From: Candidatus Saccharimonadota bacterium
GTDB taxonomy: Archaea; Nanohalarchaeota; Nanosalinia; Nanosalinales; Nanosalinaceae
DNA length: 32,000 nt
Direction of reading: 5' to 3'
Assembly: GCF_047555085.1 (NCBI RefSeq)
Contig: NZ_CP180230.1
Coordinates: 210,001-242,000 of the forward strand
Shown: piece by piece, positions 26,300 through 32,000 of the stretch
How positions within the stretch are numbered: position 1 is the stretch's first letter
Layout of the letters: each line of letters starts with the position of its first letter
Position numbers and translations under genes: made by a program
Notes under the pieces: model-generated
Told to the model about the DNA's origin: nothing
Seen by the model: only the letters and a program-made list of their open reading frames with translations
Database searches by the model: none

Positions 26300-26390
26300 A
26301 TAATTTTTTCTGGCGTGAAGGTACTGTACTTAGTTTTCTAGGATTTTCTAAGAAAAAAGAAGAAATTTGGTTGGAGACTTTTTCCCGGCT

Positions 26391-26966
26391 TCAGCTGAAG
26401 AGGGATTGCAGGAGGCCTACGAAGAATCCGAATGAAGGGAAGCCTCCCTTATCATTTTCTTCTTCGCCGTATCCTGGTGTCTCCACTTCCTCAACAGTTT
26501 CTCCGTCTTTAACAACTTCAAGCGTGTACTCTCCTTCTGCCGTGAAACTTCCTTCGATCTTTCTAACACCTACACAGCTGACGCAGGTGCCGTTCCCGGA
26601 TTTCTCAACGAGTTCCATGCTGTAGGAATTATCTGAGACTTCTGAGACTTCTGTTTCAATCGTGGCACATGGATTTGCTGTTGAGATAGCTCCGGAGAAC
26701 TCGACTTTCTGGCCTTCCTCGACGTCTTCGAATTCGCCGAATTCAAGGCCTGTAGACATGTTTCCGGACATACAAGAGCTGTTAAGGTTGCTTATCTCCG
26801 AACGCCATTCGGTTCCGTTCGCATCGACCGACGTCGTGGCCGAAGCTGAGGAGCCTCCTGACATTATCGCCATCTCGCCTTCACCGGGCTCAGGTCCGCC
26901 TACTACTGCAAAAGCTGAACCTGTTACAAGTGAAGCCAGTGCGATCAGTACCAAAAACTTTCTCAT
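26391..26966 (-). CDS. Secreted acidic Cys-containing protein (191 aa) with a hydrophobic C-terminus
   Basis: Signal peptide MRKFLVLIALASLVTGSAFA. Five Cys residues. C-terminal GGFPSFGFFVGLLQSLFS. No family recognised. Confidence 0.65.
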   Translation of the reverse strand: MRKFLVLIALASLVTGSAFAVVGGPEPGEGEMAIMSGGSSASATTSVDANGTEWRSEISNLNSSCMSGNMSTGLEFGEFEDVEEGQKVEFSGAISTANPCATIETEVSEVSDNSYSMELVEKSGNGTCVSCVGVRKIEGSFTAEGEYTLEVVKDGETVEEVETPGYGEEENDKGGFPSFGFFVGLLQSLFS

Positions 26967-26991
26967 AAAACATTCATTCCCTCCACTACCA

Positions 26992-26999
26992 TTTATAAA
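26992..26999 (-). promoter_or_regulatory. Consensus TATA box TTTATAAA about 30 nt upstream of the ATG at 26966
   Basis: Identical octamer and spacing to the promoter of 22191..22874. Confidence 0.55.
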
Positions 27000-27059
27000 C
27001 TACTGAAACTGTTCGAACAACACCGAACACCCTGAAAACAGGGAAAATTTTCTGATACA

Positions 27060-27488
27060 ATGGAAGAAATCAAAGACCTCGGAAAACTGGATGAAGGCGA
27101 CAAAATACTTTTCGATGAGAGAAGCCAGCCACTTGAAATACAGGAAACCGATGAGAAAAAAGTGATAGTTGAAGGCCCGAAAGGCGGACAGTACCAGATA
27201 TTCGACGAGGATGCAAAGCATTTTCTCATATCAAAGCCTGGCGACAGAGAATACGCCAGCTACATAAAAAATCTGCGCAGGATCGGAGAATGGATAGAGA
27301 CAGATGAAGACAGCTACAGGCACACTGATACAGAGGCCTCTCTGGAACTTGTGAAGAATAGTGCTGGATTCTGGACTGTAAAGGCCTCAGGGATACAGAA
27401 TCTTGATCTCCCGAAGTACGGATTCTCCGATAAAGAGGCTGCACGTGAACAGCTCGAGAAAATCCTGGATTCAAATCCTGAAGGCTGA
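27060..27488 (+). CDS. Hypothetical acidic cytoplasmic protein (142 aa)
   Basis: ATG ORF with halophile-like composition that fills the intergenic space. No family recognised. Confidence 0.5.
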   Translation: MEEIKDLGKLDEGDKILFDERSQPLEIQETDEKKVIVEGPKGGQYQIFDEDAKHFLISKPGDREYASYIKNLRRIGEWIETDEDSYRHTDTEASLELVKNSAGFWTVKASGIQNLDLPKYGFSDKEAAREQLEKILDSNPEG

Positions 27489-27566
27489 AAATTTTTCTCA
27501 GAGCATTTTTTCAGAGAATTTTTTATTCAACGAGGCCTCTAAATCCTACAGGGTGACAAAATTTTA

Positions 27567-28298
27567 ATGGAACGCTTCGAGGATAAAACGGTGATCGTCA
27601 CAGGAGGAAGCTCTGGAATCGGAAAAGCTATATCACGGAGATTCGCTGAAGAAGGTGCAGCAGTTACTGTGTTCGATATCTCTGAAGAAGGCGAAGAAAT
27701 CGCAGAGGATATTGGATGCGACTACATTGAATGCGATGTCTCCAGCTGGGAGCAGGTGCAGGAAGCAGTCGATAAAGTGGCGGAAAAACACGGAGGCCTC
27801 GATGTAATGGTGAACAACGCAGGTATAGGCGCCCAGTCAGGAATAGAGGAGATGACGAAAGAAGAATGGGATAAAATTCTTTCCGTAGATCTTGACGGAG
27901 TAATGCACGGCACCAAGGCCTCTGTAGAATACCTGAAGGAGTCAGAAGGAACTATAATCAACATCGCATCTATCTACGGCCTTGTAGGAGATGTAGGAGC
28001 AACAGCATACAACGCAGCGAAAGGAGGAGTTGTCAACTTCACAAGATCAGTAGCAGACGATCTTGCACAGGACAATGTCAGAGTCAACAGCGTATGCCCG
28101 GGATTTGTCAAGACTGCTATGACAGAACAGGCCCTTGAAGACGAAGACTTCAGAAATCACGTTATAGGAGAGACGCCGATGGGAAGAGTCGCCGAGCCGG
28201 AGGAGATTGCAGGTGCAGTAGCTTTCCTGGCCTCGGACGATGCAACGTATATCACAGGTGTAAATCTCCCCGTAGACGGTGGCTGGACAAGCCACTGA
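27567..28298 (+). CDS. Short-chain dehydrogenase/reductase (FabG / glucose 1-dehydrogenase-like)
   Basis: TGGSSGIGKA (TGxxxGxG), NNAG, and the catalytic YNAAK. Confidence 0.9.
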   Translation: MERFEDKTVIVTGGSSGIGKAISRRFAEEGAAVTVFDISEEGEEIAEDIGCDYIECDVSSWEQVQEAVDKVAEKHGGLDVMVNNAGIGAQSGIEEMTKEEWDKILSVDLDGVMHGTKASVEYLKESEGTIINIASIYGLVGDVGATAYNAAKGGVVNFTRSVADDLAQDNVRVNSVCPGFVKTAMTEQALEDEDFRNHVIGETPMGRVAEPEEIAGAVAFLASDDATYITGVNLPVDGGWTSH

Positions 28299-28301
28299 AC
28301 T

Positions 28302-29093
28302 CTATTTTTCATCTTCTTTCTTTTCCTCTGCTACAATCTTCTTGCTGACTGCTTCGTCAAGTATATTCCTCGTTACATTGCTTCTGATTTCTTTAACATT
28401 CTCAGAATCTTTAATCCAGTAGTTAAGGCCTATAATAGCTTTATCGTCTTCAAGGCCTTTCACGACAGTTTCTGGCTCAGGATTATCTATAACTCTCTCG
28501 TGGCTTGAGGCCTGTTTTTTACAGATTTCCTCGAATTTCTCAGCTTTTTTAACAGGTATCTTGAACTCTTTGTCGACTTTTGTTCTCCTGCCTTTGGTAA
28601 AGTTTCTTAGAGGCTGTGTTGTCAGCATGGCGTTCGGTAAGACAACTTTTTCACTTGAAGAGCCGTTGATCACGGTGTGACGCAACTTTATTTCTGTTAC
28701 AACCCCTTCAAATTCTTTTGAACTGATGAAATCGCCTTTGACAAACGGATGATCTGTGAATATGAAGAAGCCAGCTACAACATTTCCGATCTGCTCTCTC
28801 ATCCCGAATCCTACTGCTACAGTAAGAGCAGCTGTTATAGCTCCAAGTACTGTAACGAGATTTCCGAGCTGTGCGCCCTGAAGAGCCACTATGAACGAGA
28901 GGAACAGTCCTGCAAGGCCTGCTATATTCTCGAAAGAATGCATGGAGACTTTATCTGCTCCTTTTCGGGAGGCTGCTCTTCTCGCTGCCGGCATCAGAAT
29001 AAGCCGTGTGAATACAACTCCTGCGACCAGAACTACGAGAAAACGCAGCAACTGAACGTATATTCCTGTCTCCGGCAAAAAATTCTCTAGCAT
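28302..29093 (-). CDS. Small-conductance mechanosensitive channel (MscS family)
   Basis: Three N-terminal TM helices, then GNVVAGFFIFTDHPFVKGDFI...GVVTEIKLRHTVI...VVLPNAMLTTQPLRNFT. Confidence 0.85.
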   Translation of the reverse strand: MLENFLPETGIYVQLLRFLVVLVAGVVFTRLILMPAARRAASRKGADKVSMHSFENIAGLAGLFLSFIVALQGAQLGNLVTVLGAITAALTVAVGFGMREQIGNVVAGFFIFTDHPFVKGDFISSKEFEGVVTEIKLRHTVINGSSSEKVVLPNAMLTTQPLRNFTKGRRTKVDKEFKIPVKKAEKFEEICKKQASSHERVIDNPEPETVVKGLEDDKAIIGLNYWIKDSENVKEIRSNVTRNILDEAVSKKIVAEEKKEDEK

Positions 29094-29291
29094 ACAAATT
29101 CAAGGCCTCTATATCTTCAAAAAACTTCTTGATCCGAGAGTTCCTCTTCAGAAAAATCTGGAGAAATTTTTCGTGATGGAATTTATGATGAAAAATTTGC
29201 GGCTTCAGGGATTGAAGTTCTGAAAGTTTCATCATCAGAATGCATGGTACCGGATGAACCATGTCTTGCGTCCCAATTCAGCGTAACGAAT

Positions 29292-29363
29292 TGCGGCGTC
29301 CGGGATTTGAACCCGGGTCACCGGCTTGGAAGGCCGGGGTCTTAGCCACTGGACCAACACCGC
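29292..29363 (-). tRNA. tRNA-Gly (anticodon UCC), no encoded CCA
   Basis: The reverse complement is GCGGTGTTGGTCCAGTGGCTAAGACCCCGGCCTTCCAAGCCGGTGACCCGGGTTCAAATCCCGGACGCCGCA. It has a 7-bp acceptor stem, the anticodon stem CCGGC/GCCGG with loop CTTCCAA, a GGTTCAAATCC T-arm, and discriminator A. Confidence 0.9.
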
Positions 29364-29390
29364 AGTCTACCTGTGTCTTGGAATTGTTAC

Positions 29391-29408
29391 GTTATTTTCT
29401 TAAATAAC
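29391..29408. terminator. AT-rich hairpin GTTATTT-TCTT-AAATAAC immediately after the permease stop and upstream of the tRNA
   Basis: A perfect 7-bp inverted repeat. It could act as the operon terminator and/or overlap the tRNA TATA region. Confidence 0.3.
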
Positions 29409-29416
29409 TCCCTCGC

Positions 29417-30418
29417 CTACAGATCCTGTCTCATGAATAATGTGTATGCGCCTGTGAAGGCCAGCATTGTCTCGCTCAGGAGAAAGATCAGGTAGCCGAA
29501 CGCAGATCGGAGATTCTCCCATACAGTAGGCTTGAGGCCTGTCTCTCCGTCGTAGTCTGTCCCCAGCATAGTTGAGGCGAAGTTCTGGAAGCTTGTCGTT
29601 GCAGAGAATTTTGATACGCTGTCAACGAATTTTTCTCTCCTGTCCAGGATCTGCTGTCTGCGATCCTGTTCGTCCTCCATGCCGGGAGGCCTTGCTACTG
29701 CGACGTCTCCAGAGCTTCCGGATACGGCAACGCTTCTTGCAACGTGGCCTCCTGATGTTCCTGTATCCATTGGATAGATTGTTCCTGCAGCCATATTCGC
29801 CAGTAAAGGAGTTGCAAGGAACAGGAGAAGTATCACGAGGCCTGAGATAAGTGATTTCCAGCTCGAGTTCAGTATGACTGATAGAAGTGTTCCAAGTCCG
29901 AAGAAAAATGCCATGTATACTATACTTCCCTGCCAGAGAAAAATTAAGCGGAAAACCTGTTCTGCACTCGGCAAAACACCTGTAAGGTATATTGCAAGGC
30001 CTGATGATGCTGTAAATGCTATCAGGAGTGCTGTGGCTACTGTGAAAAGGCCTGCGACAAATTTTCCGTTGATTATCTCGTCCCGGTATACAGGATATGA
30101 TAAAAGCAACTCGATTGTTCCCTCCTCTCGTTCCCGTGAGATAGAATCATAGCTCAACAGAAGAGCAAGTATTGCCGCTGCAAGAGGCAAGTTAAGGCCT
30201 ACAAGAGGCCCGAATACATCGATTAGAGATGGCTTTTCCGGTACAGGCCCGTAACTGTTTCCGCCTTCAAAGTTTTCCATCTGCTGATTGTACTCGTCGA
30301 CACCCATGTACACCGATCCCATGGAAAGTGCAAGGAAAAGGCCCAGAATCAACAGAAACTTTTTGCTTGAAAAACTATCCTCGATCTGTTTCCGGCCTAT
30401 ATCCCACATCGAGCCCAT
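29417..30418 (-). CDS. ABC-2 type transporter permease
   Basis: N-terminal cytoplasmic segment, a first TM, a large extracytoplasmic loop and about 5 further TM helices. It directly abuts the ATPase gene stop. Confidence 0.75.
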   Translation of the reverse strand: MGSMWDIGRKQIEDSFSSKKFLLILGLFLALSMGSVYMGVDEYNQQMENFEGGNSYGPVPEKPSLIDVFGPLVGLNLPLAAAILALLLSYDSISREREEGTIELLLSYPVYRDEIINGKFVAGLFTVATALLIAFTASSGLAIYLTGVLPSAEQVFRLIFLWQGSIVYMAFFFGLGTLLSVILNSSWKSLISGLVILLLFLATPLLANMAAGTIYPMDTGTSGGHVARSVAVSGSSGDVAVARPPGMEDEQDRRQQILDRREKFVDSVSKFSATTSFQNFASTMLGTDYDGETGLKPTVWENLRSAFGYLIFLLSETMLAFTGAYTLFMRQDL

Positions 30419-31327
30419 TTATCCGCCACCTGTCAACTTCAGATAAGTTGTCTCCAGAGTTTCCTCCTCCATCTCGAAAGCTTCAACATCAATATCTTCC
30501 TCCATCAATCGATCGAAGAGCTTACTTCGGATATCATCCTCCGCCAGGATCTCCAATTCTTTCTTCCCGGCCTCGTACTCCACGTCCATCTCATCAAGAA
30601 TTTTCTCCGAGGCCTCCCGATCTTCAGTCTTCAAACGGATATAGGAGTCTGTATCTGTCTCACTGCTCAACTCGTGTCTCGTCCCACAGGCCTCGACTTT
30701 TCCGTCACTGAGAATGGCAAATCTGTCGCATAAAGTATCAATTTCGGTGGTGATATGAGATGAAATTATGATGGTCTTGCCACGTTCTCTGTTAATCTTC
30801 TTCACCAGATCCTTGAAGGCCTTTTTTCCCTGTGGATCAAGGCCTGTAGTCGGCTCATCGTAGATGATGATCTCCGGATCCTTGATCATCGACTGTGCGA
30901 TCCCCAGACGCTTCTTCATCCCTGTGGAAAAATCTCCTACAGATCTATCCGCATCGTCCTCAAGGCCTACAAGATCGAGAAGATCATCCAGATCAGGATC
31001 CGTCCCGGCAAGCTCTGTAAAGAACTCAAGATTCTCCCGCGCACTCATCCCCTCGTAGAAGCTTATATCAGAGGGAAGATAGCCGATCTTCTCCTTTATC
31101 TCCTTCGACTGCGTATGCTCAGTCCCTTTGATCTTCACAGTGCCACTATCCTGCCTTAAAAGGCCTAGAACAGTCTGGAAAAGAGTAGTCTTCCCAACAC
31201 CGTTAGGCCCCAAGATGCCGAAGATCTCTCCTTCCTCTACAGAAAAATCTATACCTTTCAGTACTTCAAAATCTCCGTAGCTTTTCTCAACGCCTTCCAG
31301 TTCGATTATATCTGTCAAAAAATTCAC
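30419..31327 (-). CDS. ABC transporter ATP-binding protein (ABC-2/CcmA-like)
   Basis: Walker A GPNGVGKTT, signature FSTGMKKRLGIAQ, Walker B IIIYDEPTTGLD, and H-loop SSHI. The GTG start overlaps the upstream stop (GTGA). Confidence 0.9.
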   Translation of the reverse strand: MNFLTDIIELEGVEKSYGDFEVLKGIDFSVEEGEIFGILGPNGVGKTTLFQTVLGLLRQDSGTVKIKGTEHTQSKEIKEKIGYLPSDISFYEGMSARENLEFFTELAGTDPDLDDLLDLVGLEDDADRSVGDFSTGMKKRLGIAQSMIKDPEIIIYDEPTTGLDPQGKKAFKDLVKKINRERGKTIIISSHITTEIDTLCDRFAILSDGKVEACGTRHELSSETDTDSYIRLKTEDREASEKILDEMDVEYEAGKKELEILAEDDIRSKLFDRLMEEDIDVEAFEMEEETLETTYLKLTGGG

Positions 31328-32000
31328 CTTCTGCTGAACTTCCTGTAGACGAATATCAATGCTGCAAGACTCAAAGCCATCAAAACAAGGCCTACACTGC
31401 TCATCCCGCTCTCCTCTCTCACATTGATCCTTATCTCGGAAGGACTCTCTATAGAGGCCTTGTCTGAAGATGCAGAAATCTCTACAAAGTAGTCTCCTGG
31501 CGAGGCCTCAGCAGGTACGTCCAGAGTCAGCATGGATCTCTGACGCTCTCTTGTATCCAGCTCGCTGAATCCTTCAGGATTTAAATCGTATTCCCAGCTA
31601 TCCGGCGCAGTCACCTCTATCTCAACGTTTTCAAGGGCTGCACCGGTGCTATCATCCCTGTATCCGAATCCGGCGCTGTTCCTGACTGTTATAGGAATCT
31701 CCTTTGTCTCATCAGGATTTGACGCCATATAATTTTCTCTTATATTCAGAGACATCTCTCTTTCAACTTCTGCACCACGTATCTCCATCTGGAACTCTTC
31801 TGAAAGCTTTTCTCCGTTCTGAGCGATCAAACGGACTTTGTATGTTCCCAACTCTGCGTTTTCAGGGACTTCAAGATTTGCAGTAACGGATTCCTCTTCA
31901 CCTGCCTCCACGTAGACCTCTGTAACGTTGAAATCCTGAAAACTGAAGGAGGCCTCTACAGAGGCGTTAGTATCCACGGAAAGATTATAGGTTTGATTCA
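31324..32000 (-). CDS. Surface protein with NEW3/CARDB-like beta-sandwich repeats and a C-terminal TM anchor (COG1470-like). The N-terminus lies beyond the window.
   Basis: The frame stays open to position 32000 upstream of the GTG reported in the track. Contains VTANLEVPENAELGTYKVRLIAQNG and LTLDVPAEASPGDYFVEISA, typical of NEW3 domains. Anchor SVGLVLMALSLAALIFVYRKFSRR. Confidence 0.7.
   Translation of the reverse strand, partial: NQTYNLSVDTNASVEASFSFQDFNVTEVYVEAGEEESVTANLEVPENAELGTYKVRLIAQNGEKLSEEFQMEIRGAEVEREMSLNIRENYMASNPDETKEIPITVRNSAGFGYRDDSTGAALENVEIEVTAPDSWEYDLNPEGFSELDTRERQRSMLTLDVPAEASPGDYFVEISASSDKASIESPSEIRINVREESGMSSVGLVLMALSLAALIFVYRKFSRR

Larger units (their letters stand above)
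1..32000. repeat. Dispersed, hyper-abundant palindromic hexamer AGGCCT: about 158 copies by manual scan, roughly 1 per 200 bp
   Basis: Manual scan for GGCC with its flanks. About two thirds of all GGCC tetramers are flanked by A and T. Copies occur in all three codon phases, in genes of both orientations, and in spacers (e.g. 1790, 6882, 6943, 7996, 22122, 22967, 24163, 24698, 24714, 27534, 29102). A zero-order expectation at about 45% GC is single digits. Confidence 0.85.

Noticed and set aside
26391-26450. C-terminal GGFPSFGFFVGLLQSLFS of the 191-aa secreted protein as a PGF-CTERM/archaeosortase signal
   Set aside because: There is no PGF tripeptide, no preceding Thr/Ser-rich linker and no basic tail. 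The similarity is too weak to call.
28951-29262. 103-aa minus-strand ORF upstream of and overlapping the MscS start
   Set aside because: It overlaps the MscS N-terminus out of frame and is basic and His-rich. The non-overlapping part more plausibly holds the MscS promoter and the region downstream of the tRNA.
29292-29363. tRNA-Gly as an integration site of a mobile element carrying the ABC operon or the surface island
   Set aside because: No integrase, no duplicated tRNA 3' fragment (att-like direct repeat) noticed in the window, and the flanking genes are ordinary housekeeping genes.
30229-30711. 160-aa plus-strand ORF spanning the permease/ATPase junction
   Set aside because: It is antisense to two ABC genes with canonical motifs. 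The product is Pro/Ser/Arg-rich and low in complexity.
1-32000. CRISPR arrays, IS elements, rRNA genes or prophage-like content
   Set aside because: I saw no regularly spaced direct repeats, no transposase, integrase or capsid-like ORFs, and no rRNA-like sequence. The only abundant repeat is the 6-bp AGGCCT motif, which is irregularly spaced.

Overview
This is a compact, gene-dense archaeal chromosome segment with about 33 protein genes, one tRNA and short intergenic spacers. There is no transposase, integrase, CRISPR array or rRNA. The predicted proteins are strongly acidic (rich in D and E), and GC looks mid-40s % by eye. Archaea-specific markers are present: Trm56, RNase P Rpp21, Trm-G10/Trm11, a DUF2070-like membrane protein and DUF123. 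AT-rich TATA boxes sit about 25-32 nt upstream of many start codons, which implies mostly leaderless mRNAs. Together this suggests a low-GC extreme halophile, possibly Nanohaloarchaeota/DPANN-like, but that is inference only.

Layout:
- 1-6.1 kb: tRNA-maturation and translation genes (thrS, trm56, rnz, Trm-G10, rpp21) interleaved with glycosylation genes.
- 4.8-10.7 kb: a glycosylation and membrane cluster (UPF0104 flippase-like protein, one GT2, two GT4, DUF2070-like protein).
- 10.8-22.9 kb: a roughly 12 kb island of seven secreted or membrane-anchored, sequon-rich surface proteins. It includes a tightly coupled four-gene operon with paralogous modules.
- 23-29 kb: housekeeping and miscellaneous genes (SufT/DUF59, PHP phosphoesterase, hexapeptide acetyltransferase, DsbB-like protein, DUF123 GIY-YIG, membrane-tethered ArsR, SDR, MscS).
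- 29.3-32 kb: tRNA-Gly(UCC), then an ABC-2 exporter operon with a NEW3/CARDB-like surface protein.

The most striking signal is at the DNA level. The palindromic hexamer AGGCCT occurs about 158 times by manual scan, roughly one per 200 bp, against a single-digit expectation. It falls in all three reading frames, in genes of both orientations, and in intergenic DNA. A few surface-protein genes contain long stretches without it.
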